From Nostoc sp. (lineage in GTDB: Bacteria; Cyanobacteriota; Cyanobacteriia; Cyanobacteriales; Nostocaceae), in contig JBALDB010000002.1 in the NCBI GenBank assembly GCA_036918135.1, positions 64,001 through 128,000 on the forward strand: DNA of 64,000 nucleotides, in the 5' to 3' direction. Below are positions 41,228 to 50,776 of this stretch, in pieces (positions within the stretch are counted from its first letter, which is position 1; the number at the start of each line of letters is the position of its first letter). Under the pieces are notes generated by a model. That model had not been told where the DNA came from. It did no database searches and worked only from the letters and a program-made list of their open reading frames with translations. A program made the translations under genes and the position numbers.

Positions 41228-43699
41228 TTAAGTTCCACCGAGCGCAGCACAAGTTAATTGAGGCTGTATATTTGCCGGAGATGGCGCTGCAACTAACTCA
41301 ACTTGGCCTTTTGCGTTGCGATGCCAGGAAGTGGCTTCGATGAGAATCTCTGGCGATTTAGGCGTTTGGGCAGTGACATTACCAGTTTTGCGGTATGCTC
41401 TAAGGTCGCGGATATCAGACCAACTGCGATCGCTCGTCACTTGTTGATTGGGATTTTGCGGCACACCACCCCGTCCCGTTGCCACAAAGCGACTGCCTTG
41501 AGTACCCGAACAACCTGTGGCAATTTGCTCAGATGGATCGGTAACATTTGCTGGTAGTTGGACTAAACCCGAATTTGGATTGACGCCGATAGTATTAACT
41601 TGAACTGTGCCGCTAACCCCAAATTGGGAACTAGCGGTGATGTCATTCTCTGATGTCAGTTGGGAACGAAACTTCAGTCCGAAAAGCCCTTGGGTGCTGA
41701 TTTGAATATTGCCCCCCCGACCTTTCACAGCATTAGCAATAATGTCACTGTTTTCTAAACCCACAATAATGGGAGCATTGAGCGTGATATTACCACCATC
41801 ACCTGCTTCCTTAGCTTCAACAGAAATTTTGCTATTACCGCGCATGAGCAATAGTTGTTGAGCATTAAGAGCTAAGTTCCCTCCGTTACCAGATTGTGTA
41901 GCTGCGGAAATCGTTCCGCGATTAGTCAGGAGAATCGAGTCTGCATAAACCTCGAAATTACCTGCATTACCCGTACCCTCATTTCTCACACCTATGTCAG
42001 CTCGATCTGTAACGCGCAATTGAGGTGTCATCAAAATTACCCCTCCAGCATTACCTGTGGGAATTTCAGGTAGCCCATAAGCTGCACGGGTGACAGGATC
42101 GAGGCGTAGTGCATTAGATCCTATACTGCTACTCACAGTGCCATTTGGTGATGCGCCGCTCACCTCGATGAAGTCTGAAGCCACAATCTTGACATTGCCA
42201 GCATTTCCGATTGCGCCAGTCGAGGATGTGACCAAGCTTCCATTTCGCACTGTTAATTGTTTAGTTGCGATCGTGAGATTTCCAGCATTTCCAGATCCTA
42301 CTGTTGATGAAGCTAGAGTGCTAGGGAGCAATGTGAGGTTATTAATTCCAGAAACGTCTACCGAGTCTGAGGCATCGATTTGGACATTACCACCATCGCC
42401 AGTTCTCCCAGCAGTTGACCCAATGGTAGCGCCGTTAGTAGCTGTGAGTTTTTGGGTTGAAAGGGTAAGATTTCCTGCCTTTCCAGAACCAGCTGACCTT
42501 GTTAAAATCAATGTCGTTGCTGAAGGATTGACAGGGCTAAATCCACTGGCTGAGATTGATTCGGAAGCCTTTACCATGATATTTCCACCCTGCCCTGAAC
42601 TCAAGTTTTGAGTTATGATTTGCGCTCCATCCCAAAGCAATAATTGCTTGGTTGAGATGGTAATATTTCCGGCTTGCCCTACTCCGATTGTGCTGCTTAT
42701 CAAGCGGCTGCTTGTAGTTCCCGCTAGGTCTGTTCCTACAAGGCTGAACGAGCCAGTGGCATTTATTGTAATTCGATCCGATGAGAGGGCACCTTGATTT
42801 AGAGTGGTGACAGCTGAACCTTGCAAAAGGCTGATATTTTTTCCTTGCATTTGAATAGCACTACTTCCAAGCCCAAAGCCAGATATTTGTGCGTGCCGAG
42901 TTAACTGAATATCGCTTAGCTCCCCAACATTAGAATAATCAAATGTCCATCCCTGACTGGTGGGACTAAGGCTAACTTGTCCTGATTGGACACTACCGAG
43001 TTCGATGGAGCCATTGACGGTTTTGAGAACGCCACCTGCTATATCAATGTCATTTCCTAATAAAGCAAGGGTCTTTCCGGAACTCACTTGTAAGCTTAGT
43101 GGATTTTGAGAGATGCTATCGGTCGAGTTTTGTACTGCGATGCCTACGGCAGGCTGCGCCAACGCGCCTGAATTTTGCCCAAACTGCAAGCCAACTGGTA
43201 CACTAATTGTCAACAAGGGGGCCACTGTGCTGTTGGTAGCACTAAACTCCACCCCATCAGCAAACTTAATGCTATTTGCAGTTGTACCAACAAAAGATCC
43301 ACCAATATTCAGTTGGGCATTAGGCCCAAAGATAATGCCACTGGGATTAATTAAAAATAGACTTACGGGATTATTGCTGTTGATGGTTTTAATCACGCCA
43401 TCAATATGGGAAATGCTACCTCCTGTAACACGACTGAATATGGTGGATATATCAGGTGTGTTGACTAAATCAAAGATGGCTGAAGTACCAGTAGGAACAG
43501 TAAATTGCTGGAAACTGTGAAATAGGTTACTGTTGGCAGCACTGCCGTTAGTGATGGTAAAGTGATTACCACTTTTATAGACAGTGGTGTTGAGGGTGCC
43601 ATCTGACGTGACCTGGGCGTTAGCAAAGCCGCAGCAGAGGAACATCCCACCTGTTAAAACTCCCTTAATCAAATTCCAGCAAACAGAGGGCGCTTTCAT
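41228..43699 (-). CDS. Filamentous haemagglutinin (TpsA-like) exoprotein
   Basis: NLFHSF, RVTGG, NPSGIIFG TPS domain; GNAGN beta-helix repeats; Cys-containing C-terminus (TGC...FVATGRGG). Confidence 0.9.
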   Translation of the reverse strand: MKAPSVCWNLIKGVLTGGMFLCCGFANAQVTSDGTLNTTVYKSGNHFTITNGSAANSNLFHSFQQFTVPTGTSAIFDLVNTPDISTIFSRVTGGSISHIDGVIKTINSNNPVSLFLINPSGIIFGPNAQLNIGGSFVGTTANSIKFADGVEFSATNSTVAPLLTISVPVGLQFGQNSGALAQPAVGIAVQNSTDSISQNPLSLQVSSGKTLALLGNDIDIAGGVLKTVNGSIELGSVQSGQVSLSPTSQGWTFDYSNVGELSDIQLTRHAQISGFGLGSSAIQMQGKNISLLQGSAVTTLNQGALSSDRITINATGSFSLVGTDLAGTTSSRLISSTIGVGQAGNITISTKQLLLWDGAQIITQNLSSGQGGNIMVKASESISASGFSPVNPSATTLILTRSAGSGKAGNLTLSTQKLTATNGATIGSTAGRTGDGGNVQIDASDSVDVSGINNLTLLPSTLASSTVGSGNAGNLTIATKQLTVRNGSLVTSSTGAIGNAGNVKIVASDFIEVSGASPNGTVSSSIGSNALRLDPVTRAAYGLPEIPTGNAGGVILMTPQLRVTDRADIGVRNEGTGNAGNFEVYADSILLTNRGTISAATQSGNGGNLALNAQQLLLMRGNSKISVEAKEAGDGGNITLNAPIIVGLENSDIIANAVKGRGGNIQISTQGLFGLKFRSQLTSENDITASSQFGVSGTVQVNTIGVNPNSGLVQLPANVTDPSEQIATGCSGTQGSRFVATGRGGVPQNPNQQVTSDRSWSDIRDLRAYRKTGNVTAQTPKSPEILIEATSWHRNAKGQVELVAAPSPANIQPQLTCAALGGT
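43142..43162. repeat. 21-nt insertion in a HIP1 site (SDR5-like)
   Basis: GCGAT[GCCTACGGCAGGCTGCGCCAA]CGC; removing 21 nt restores GCGATCGC. Confidence 0.85.
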
Positions 43700-44180
43700 C
43701 ACTCGGTTTCTATCAATATTTATATAAGTAGGGTTCCCCAAATGGCGTTGTGTTTAAACATAAACATCCTTTGAGGTTGTTTAAGAAAACTCCTTTAGCA
43801 ATTCCGAACAATAACCAAGGATTAAAACGGCGAATACTGCACTCAAAAGTACAAACCATTTTCCTGAAGCAATCGCTTTTCTCCTTCGACTGATGTCAGC
43901 GGAATACCCCAATCTATGCGGCACAAAAGTTATTGCCCTGTTTCCACAGCAGCCTTAAATTAGTACCCACTAATGTACTTGGTGATGGATTATCGCCCTT
44001 AGTATTCCAGTACCGACATCAATAAAGGGTGTCAGTTGCAGTACTTCTCCCAGTTTTGGCGCACACACAATTGGTAACCGAAATTCTGCGGTCTTAATGA
44101 TAAGTCTTTAAGCAGACACGATATAACCCAGGCAGAAACGAGGTTATATATGTGTGGGTTAGATGATTTACAGTAATAAT

Positions 44181-44203
44181 TACTCACTTTTTCTCACCGA
44201 CAC
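44181..44203. promoter_or_regulatory. 23-bp motif, copy 1 (candidate operator)
   Basis: TACTCACTTTTTCTCACCGACAC; 22/23 identical to 45962-45984. Confidence 0.55.
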
Positions 44204-44259
44204 CAAAAAAATAAGCAAATATTCTAAAAATTGCCAGTTTTATAATAGATTTCAAGAAG

Positions 44260-44415
44260 TTGAGGCTTCAGAGATTTTAATTTTGTTTTTAATTTGTGTG
44301 GCATCGCTGGTATTTTTGACAGCATTAGCTTGAAAAGTCCAACAGTATTTTTGATTCAATCTGTACCTGCAATATTGGCTTTATTGCTGTTATGCTTTCC
44401 TAATCTTCAAAAGAG
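44260..44415 (+). pseudogene. Frameshifted C-terminal remnant of a DUF1304-like membrane protein
   Basis: Reads EASEILILFLICV, frameshifts, then IAGIFDSISLKSPTVFLIQSVPAILALLLL; no 5' part. Confidence 0.5.
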
Positions 44416-44428
44416 GTTAATTTTCACA

Positions 44429-44815
44429 ATGCTAGAAATACCAGAAGAAATTCAAAAGCAAATAAAAAGATGGCATCGAGATGCAGTGATATTACACTCT
44501 ATTTATATAAGTTTGGGAGTAATTTCTATACTTTCATCCTTGATAGTCGCTACCTTTGTTCAAGAACTTGGAACATTTAAGACAAAAATTTTTGCTGCAA
44601 TTAGTGCAGCTTCAGTTGGAATTATCAATACTACAGGTGTTGGGCGAAAGGGTAACGGATTTCGTCAAGCTCAAAGATACTTAAAAACTGAAACAATAAG
44701 ATTCAGTGCTGGAAAGAGTTCTATTGATGATTTAGCAAAAGCTTTTGCAGAAGCAGAATCGATGATAGGAGATGTAGAAATTAAGATACGGGATTCATCA
44801 GATTCAGGACAATGA
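44429..44815 (+). CDS. Small SLATT/DUF4231-like two-TM protein
   Basis: GAGG RBS and ATG at 44429; two TM helices followed by FRQAQRYLK...AE, a SLATT-like layout. Confidence 0.6.
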   Translation: MLEIPEEIQKQIKRWHRDAVILHSIYISLGVISILSSLIVATFVQELGTFKTKIFAAISAASVGIINTTGVGRKGNGFRQAQRYLKTETIRFSAGKSSIDDLAKAFAEAESMIGDVEIKIRDSSDSGQ

Positions 44816-44916
44816 TATAGCAATCCTATTTAATTTATGATAATTGAAAGTTACAGATACTAGACTTATTTGAGAAGTCAAAGACAAAATCTCTGACGAA
44901 TGATTTCAGATTGGTA
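44816..44916. mobile_element. Degenerate MITE-like element family B
   Basis: TATAGCAATCCTATTTAATTTATGA ... GACTT/AAGTC central stem ... ACGAATGATTTCAGATTGGTA. Confidence 0.5.
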
Positions 44917-44943
44917 AATCTAATTTAAATTTATACAACCTGC

Positions 44944-45870
44944 TTATTCAGGAAAAAATAAACGGATAGAACAATAAAATCCGGGTAAAAGTGGCGATGT
45001 GATTTCATCATCATCTAACAAAGTTGCAACTAATACCAACTGTGCTTTTTCTCGACGATAAACTTCAACTTTTTGAGTGAAGCGATCGACAATCCAATAC
45101 TCACGCACGCCTTGAACCGAATATAGTTTCAATTTTGCTTCTTTGTCTCGAAGTTCGTTTTGTTTACCAGGAGATAAAACTTCCACTACTAACTCTGGTG
45201 CGCCTGTTAAATGTCCGGCTTCATCTTCAATTCGTGCTAGTCTTTCTCGACTTACCCAAACTACATCCGGGATAACGCTATCTGCTTGGGAAAAAATTAT
45301 CCCTGGAGTTACAATTGTTTCTCCTAAACCACTCAAGTCTGACCAAGTATCGAGTTGTCGGAATATTTTGCCACAAACTTGTTGATGACGGCGGTGAGGA
45401 GTGCGAGTCACAAAGAGTTCTCCATTAATAATTTCATAACGTGTCCACTCATTTTCGGGTAGAACCTCTAAATCGTGAACTGTCCAGCGTATTCCATCAA
45501 TAGCTTGGTTCATGATTGTTCTCGTTTGCGTTGTTGCCTTTGTTTGTTTGATTTTATCTAATTCAAAGATGTTGATGTTGGTAGCTTTTTTTGAATGTCT
45601 ATTGTTTGGAGACTGCTGATAGCAACGCAAAACAGCTTGGATATTTTTTTTACATACTTCTTGACCAAATACCTGAGAAAGCGATCGCCACAACTGGCAA
45701 CCGATTTGCTTAATATAGTCGTGTTCATAACTTATCTGCACCGCAATTTCCGCATAGGTGCGTCCCAACCAACTTTCCAGAAAGACCACAGATTGAACGT
45801 CATTGAGCCTTTCCCCAAACGTAGAGCATAAAAGACTATCGATTATATTCAGCGCTTCTTCTGGGGTCAT
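44944..45870 (-). CDS. N-terminal HTH domain (type found on cyanobacterial NB-ARC/WD40 proteins) fused in frame to a Uma2-family endonuclease
   Basis: N-terminus LNDVQSVVF..SWLGRTYAEIA..YIKQIG.QLWRSLS..G.EV.KKN. Uma2 part from ATG 45513 (YEIINGEL, PDVVW, PELVVEVLSPG, GVREYWIVD). Confidence 0.8.
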   Translation of the reverse strand: MTPEEALNIIDSLLCSTFGERLNDVQSVVFLESWLGRTYAEIAVQISYEHDYIKQIGCQLWRSLSQVFGQEVCKKNIQAVLRCYQQSPNNRHSKKATNINIFELDKIKQTKATTQTRTIMNQAIDGIRWTVHDLEVLPENEWTRYEIINGELFVTRTPHRRHQQVCGKIFRQLDTWSDLSGLGETIVTPGIIFSQADSVIPDVVWVSRERLARIEDEAGHLTGAPELVVEVLSPGKQNELRDKEAKLKLYSVQGVREYWIVDRFTQKVEVYRREKAQLVLVATLLDDDEITSPLLPGFYCSIRLFFPE

Positions 45871-45961
45871 TGGTCAGCCTGCTTTGTTTATGGGATCGAT
45901 TTATGAGATTTCTGTTTTTCAGGAGATAATTATGCTTGACGTTACAAATTTTTACAGTCAG

Positions 45962-45984
45962 TACTCACTTTTTCTCACTGACAC
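45962..45984. promoter_or_regulatory. 23-bp motif, copy 2 (candidate operator)
   Basis: TACTCACTTTTTCTCACTGACAC, about 90 nt upstream of the HTH gene start. Confidence 0.55.
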
Positions 45985-46066
45985 AGCGATGGCATTTGGC
46001 TTAATAATTAATACACTGGAAGCAGATAATGCGTACCTCAAAATTTCTAACAAGGAGATTAACTCG

Positions 46067-46828
46067 ATGAAATTTGGTATTGATATGGGACACAATTGCC
46101 CTCCAGATACAGGAGCAACAGGTATCAAACAAGAAGATGTTTTAACTAAAGCAGTTGGTACACATTTAATTCAAAAACTCAAAGCAGCAGGTCATACGGC
46201 TATTGATTGCACTCCCACTAGCGCTACCAGTGTCACCGATTCTTTGAGACAACGAACTAATAAAGCAAATGCTAATAATGTTAATATTTTTGTCTCGATT
46301 CACTTCAATAAATTCACTGGTACAGCCAATGGTACAGAAGTTTATGCCATTAGTAATGTATCACAAGGTATTGCTCAATCAGTTCTCAAAGAGATTGTTA
46401 AACTTGGTTTTCATAGCAGAGGAGTGAAAAATACAGGCTTCTTTGTTCTCAAGAATACACAAATGCCAGCTATTTTAATTGAGTGCTGCTTTTGTGACGC
46501 TAAAGTAGATATGGATCGCTTTGATGCTGAAAAAATGGCAGAAGCAATTAAGGATGGATTAATTGGTGAGTCAGATAACGTTCAACCTAAATCTGATAAG
46601 AAATACGTTTTGGAAATTACAACAAAAACTCTTCTCAAACCTTCTACTGAGCAGGGTTCAGACCTACCCAAAGAATCTTTATTTGAGATTGACCCAAAAG
46701 ATTATCCAGTTTTAGATATCCGTTTTGAGGAAAATCATTATTGGGTTAAGTGGCCTGATAAAAGTAAAGGAAATCGAGACGAACATTTTGTTTTTGCTGG
46801 ACATAGCAAAGTTATAGAAAAAGATTAG
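46067..46828 (+). CDS. N-acetylmuramoyl-L-alanine amidase (Amidase_3)
   Basis: AAGGAG RBS; IDMGH, VSIHFN, GTEVY and PAILIEC motifs. Confidence 0.92.
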   Translation: MKFGIDMGHNCPPDTGATGIKQEDVLTKAVGTHLIQKLKAAGHTAIDCTPTSATSVTDSLRQRTNKANANNVNIFVSIHFNKFTGTANGTEVYAISNVSQGIAQSVLKEIVKLGFHSRGVKNTGFFVLKNTQMPAILIECCFCDAKVDMDRFDAEKMAEAIKDGLIGESDNVQPKSDKKYVLEITTKTLLKPSTEQGSDLPKESLFEIDPKDYPVLDIRFEENHYWVKWPDKSKGNRDEHFVFAGHSKVIEKD

Positions 46829-46857
46829 TTACTTGTCTCTAAATATTAGTTTAATAC

Positions 46858-46894
46858 TTAGATTTACGATTTATTAGATAATTCGTAAATCTAA
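46858..46894 (+). terminator. Hairpin after amidase
   Basis: TTAGATTTACGA...TCGTAAATCTAA inverted repeat. Confidence 0.5.
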
Positions 46895-47244
46895 ATTTAT
46901 CCATTTTTATATTACTGAGTAAAACTTACTCGACCAATTCTAACTATAGTAATCTACTTTAATTTTTAAACTTATTTACATAGGTAGGAAATAGGAGGAG
47001 CGACTGCTGGGACAGGGGTTTACCCATGAGCAACTGCCGTCAAGTGGCGTTAGGAAACACGGCAAACACACAGGAATTATAAAACCCTTATCCAACAGAA
47101 TCTTCTTAAAGAAATTCAAAACGAATCGTTTGCAACTAAGTAAGCCGGTGGGGAAATTTTCTAATCCTAAATGGTAAATTCTGATTTCAATCAGTGAGAA
47201 TCTTAATCTCCAACAAATTGTAGTTCTTTATTTTTTAGAAGTTC

Positions 47245-48624
47245 TTACAATTTCTGCCCTGCGTAAATTGATCGCACTTCGCCGTTACGCCGAATCACTG
47301 CTTCACCATTACTGACATCAACAAGTGTCCATCCGCTCGAACCAATGCTTTCACCCATATTGATGCGACGAGTCACGCCATCGATTTTAAATAAAGCGGC
47401 AGATTTGTTGCCTAATTCTAGTAATCCTTCTAGTGTACTGCTCGGAGCCTCTGCGATCGCAGTTGGCAAATACACCTGATGCTCGGTGATAGTTGGTTCT
47501 GATTCTGGTGCGAGTGCTGCACGTAATGGCACAACTGGTAATGCAGGCAGAGGCTTGGGTGTTTGTCGCACGGTAATGGGTGCAGTTTTCGTAGCTATAG
47601 CTTTGAGTTCTGGTAGCACAGCCGCAGCTAACATGTTGACAGTAGCGGGCTTGGCAGCTTGTCGCACGCTATTCAAGGCACTTTTCACAACATTAGGTTG
47701 AGAACCCCGCAACGCACTCGCAACTTGTGGTAAAAGTGTGGGAGTGCCAGGAATCACCGGCAGGGCGTAGCGCATTGGCGATGGTACAGGCACGTAAATG
47801 CGTTCAACAACCTTTCCAGAACGGTTAGAAGTTGGTAGTGCATTGTTAGCTGCTAGTGGTACTGGTGGTAGATTATCAGTTGGTTGCTCGTTGGCAACAG
47901 TTATTTGGTTAGTATTTGCCTGAGTGGTAAATCCCGGTCTGTCATAGTTTTGATGATTTTTTACATCTTGCTTATCTATAACTGCTAGGGCACTCACCAT
48001 GTAGTCAACTAACTCTGCCTCAACTTGTGGTTTTGTCGGCAATTGTGACTGGGGCTGCGGCACTAAAAGAGCTGATTGGGGCAATTTGCTATTAAAAAGA
48101 TGGATAACGCCAGACTGTACCAGGTAAATCATACTGGCGATCGCCACACCTAATGTTGTTCCCACAATCAGCAGTTTGCCTAAACTAGAACTGGTTTTCT
48201 GAGGCTTTCTACTAACTGGTTTGACGGTAGCGGGGTCAAATACAACCGTACTCAATTGCTTGTGGTTAGTTTCAGTAACTGACTCTACTGGGCTATCGGC
48301 TGTTGGTAAGATAATCTGCGGCATGGTAAGTGTTTGCAGTGGGTTGCCGATGCCAGTTACTACAGTGGGAAAATCAGAGCGGCGGTTGGGGCTGGTTTGA
48401 ACTTCAAAAGAAACCCCAGCAGCGGATTGGCTCGACTTTTTCGGAGTGCTGTGCTTAATGGTTTGAGAAACTAAATTACCACTAGCATCGAGAATGTGGT
48501 CTATATCCGCAAACAGTTCATCCATCAAGCCCTCAGCATAGATTTCTATCGACCAAGGTTCGTTGGCGATTAAGTCCTCTGATGGTTCTGGAATTATGAG
48601 ACGGGTGGTGGCTTGTTGTAACAT
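47245..48624 (-). CDS. Bitopic membrane protein with Pro-rich linker and PilP/GspC-like C-terminal beta domain
   Basis: Single TM helix; C-terminus LEGLLELGNKSAALF...GESIGSSGWTL...AVIRRNGE. Confidence 0.65.
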   Translation of the reverse strand: MLQQATTRLIIPEPSEDLIANEPWSIEIYAEGLMDELFADIDHILDASGNLVSQTIKHSTPKKSSQSAAGVSFEVQTSPNRRSDFPTVVTGIGNPLQTLTMPQIILPTADSPVESVTETNHKQLSTVVFDPATVKPVSRKPQKTSSSLGKLLIVGTTLGVAIASMIYLVQSGVIHLFNSKLPQSALLVPQPQSQLPTKPQVEAELVDYMVSALAVIDKQDVKNHQNYDRPGFTTQANTNQITVANEQPTDNLPPVPLAANNALPTSNRSGKVVERIYVPVPSPMRYALPVIPGTPTLLPQVASALRGSQPNVVKSALNSVRQAAKPATVNMLAAAVLPELKAIATKTAPITVRQTPKPLPALPVVPLRAALAPESEPTITEHQVYLPTAIAEAPSSTLEGLLELGNKSAALFKIDGVTRRINMGESIGSSGWTLVDVSNGEAVIRRNGEVRSIYAGQKL

Positions 48625-48850
48625 AGACGTTCTATCTTTATTACTAGGTCAGGGAAATGCCGCTCCTGCTGCCTTTTATCAGGATTATCAATCAAATATT
48701 CAATCGCCCGTCTGATGAAGACGAGTTATTGAGCGGTGGTATTAAAATCAACTTCAATCTGGGGATTGTTAATGATGGCAGTACTAAGATTTATGTCATC
48801 TATCATACCCATCTCCCTCTTTACTACTATACTCACCCTTTATGAAGTTT

Positions 48851-50776
48851 TTATGAGATTAACGCTGTAAACCCTGACTGGCTCTTGGTTTTACGTAATT
48901 CTAAATATAATAATAAAGCGTTGATGTCGGCTGGGTTTACACCACCTATACGTGCAGCTTGACCGAGAGTAAGTGGTTTTACGTGAGTCAGTTTTTCTCG
49001 CGCTTCTTTAGAAAGAGTATCAATTTTTGCATAATCTAAATCCGCAGGTAACTGGCGGTGGGCTTGGCGGGCGATTTGGTCAATCTGATTTTGTTGCCTA
49101 GCGAGATATCCAGAATACTTGATGTCAATTTCTGCGCCTTCTTTCTCAGCGCGGTTGAGGTCGGGGTTTCCCAGTCCGAACCTGTCGAGGTCAACGTAAT
49201 GGAATCCCGGACGCCGCAGTAAGTCATTTAGGGTTATTGAACCTTTGATTGCTTGCTGGGTATGAGAAGCGATCGCTATACCAATTTCATCATGTTCTTT
49301 GATGCGCGTGTTGGATAGCCGTGATTTTTCTGTGGTAATCTGGGTTTGTTTTTGGGTAAATAAATTCCAACGGCGATCGTTAATTAAACCAATTTCTCGT
49401 CCCAAGGGTGTCAGGCGTTGGTCGGCATTGTCAGAACGCAAAATCAACCGATATTCTGACCTACTAGTAAGCATTCGGTAAGGTTCGCGCAGGTCTTTAG
49501 TACACAAGTCATCAACTAGTGTCCCAATGTAACTATGCTCGCGGGGGAAGACAATCATCTCCTGAGAGCGAGCAAACCGAGCTGCATTAATTCCCGCTAC
49601 CAGACCTTGAGCTGCGGCTTCCTCATAGCCTGTGGTGCCGTTAATCTGCCCAGCACAAAACAGCCCAGCAATCTTCTTGGTCATCAGTGTGGAGTAACAC
49701 TGAGTTGCAGGTAAATAGTCATATTCCACAGCATAAGCCGGACGCAGCATTACACATTTTTCTAAACCAGGCAGAGTCCGCAACATCTGTAGTTGCAAAT
49801 TTTCTGGCAACCCTGTAGAAAACCCTTGAATATAAAGTTCGGGTATATCTCTTCCTTCCGGCTCAATAAAGATTTGATGACTTTCTTTATCAGCAAAGCG
49901 GACAATCTTATCTTCAATACTGGGACAATAACGCGGCCCCTTGGCTTCCACCCAACCACCATAAACTGGTGACAGGTGTAAATTTTCCTGAATTAAGCGA
50001 TGAGTATCAGTAGTTGTACGCGTAATATAGCAAGGCATTTGTTCGCGTTCTACCCATACATCCGGGTCAAAGCTAAACCAGCGCACATCTTCATCCCCTG
50101 GCTGGATTTGCATTTTACTGTAATCTACGGATCGCTTGTCTACCCTAGCTGGGGTTCCGGTTTTAAGCCTACCGGTTTCAAATCCCAAGCGATTTAGGGT
50201 TTGTGTCAATCCCTCAGCCGCAAATTCGCCAGCTCGTCCCGCCGGCATTGATTTGTTACCTACCCAAATTTTGCCACCCAAAAAGGTGCCAGTTGTCAAG
50301 ATGACGGCTTTGCATTGGAACGCCACACCAAAATAAGTTTCCACGCCGATGACTTCATCGTTAGCGCCCAGCACCAAGTCAACTGCCATACTTTCACGGA
50401 TGGTCAAGTTTTCTTGATTTTCCACAATATTTTTCATCACTGCTGCATATTCGCGCTTGTCAGTTTGGGCGCGTAAAGCCCAAACAGCAGGCCCTCGTGA
50501 AGAGTTGAGGATGCGCTTTTGTAAGTAGGTGCGGTCTGCCATTTTCCCAATTTCCCCACCGAGTGCATCTACCTCATGAGTCAACTGGGATTTCGCTGGG
50601 CCACCTACTGCTGGGTTACAGGGTTGCCAAGCGATTTTATCCAAATTGAGTGTCAATAGCAAGGTACGACAACCGAGGCGGGCAGAGGCAAGAGCTGCTT
50701 CGCAACCGGAGTGACCTGCACCGACGACAATCACATCAAAAGCGTCTTGGAATTCAACAACGTTGTGCATGGTCAT
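48851..50776 (-). CDS. mnmG: tRNA uridine-5-carboxymethylaminomethyl modification enzyme MnmG
   Basis: [37 protein letters not shown] and [16 protein letters not shown]. Confidence 0.97.
   Translation of the reverse strand: MTMHNVVEFQDAFDVIVVGAGHSGCEAALASARLGCRTLLLTLNLDKIAWQPCNPAVGGPAKSQLTHEVDALGGEIGKMADRTYLQKRILNSSRGPAVWALRAQTDKREYAAVMKNIVENQENLTIRESMAVDLVLGANDEVIGVETYFGVAFQCKAVILTTGTFLGGKIWVGNKSMPAGRAGEFAAEGLTQTLNRLGFETGRLKTGTPARVDKRSVDYSKMQIQPGDEDVRWFSFDPDVWVEREQMPCYITRTTTDTHRLIQENLHLSPVYGGWVEAKGPRYCPSIEDKIVRFADKESHQIFIEPEGRDIPELYIQGFSTGLPENLQLQMLRTLPGLEKCVMLRPAYAVEYDYLPATQCYSTLMTKKIAGLFCAGQINGTTGYEEAAAQGLVAGINAARFARSQEMIVFPREHSYIGTLVDDLCTKDLREPYRMLTSRSEYRLILRSDNADQRLTPLGREIGLINDRRWNLFTQKQTQITTEKSRLSNTRIKEHDEIGIAIASHTQQAIKGSITLNDLLRRPGFHYVDLDRFGLGNPDLNRAEKEGAEIDIKYSGYLARQQNQIDQIARQAHRQLPADLDYAKIDTLSKEAREKLTHVKPLTLGQAARIGGVNPADINALLLYLELRKTKSQSGFTALIS

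Noticed and set aside
43962..43979. AGTAC-N8-GTACT as a LexA or NtcA site
   Set aside because: Spacing fits neither the cyanobacterial LexA box (N4) nor NtcA (GTA-N8-TAC).
45803..46066. N-terminal extension of the amidase ORF
   Set aside because: Overlaps the divergent gene and its promoter; a strong RBS supports ATG 46067.
46995..47090. GC-richer structured stretch as a novel ncRNA
   Set aside because: Resembles a degenerate copy of a common Nostoc dispersed repeat (GGGGTTT.CCCATGAGCAACTGCCGT); no other support.
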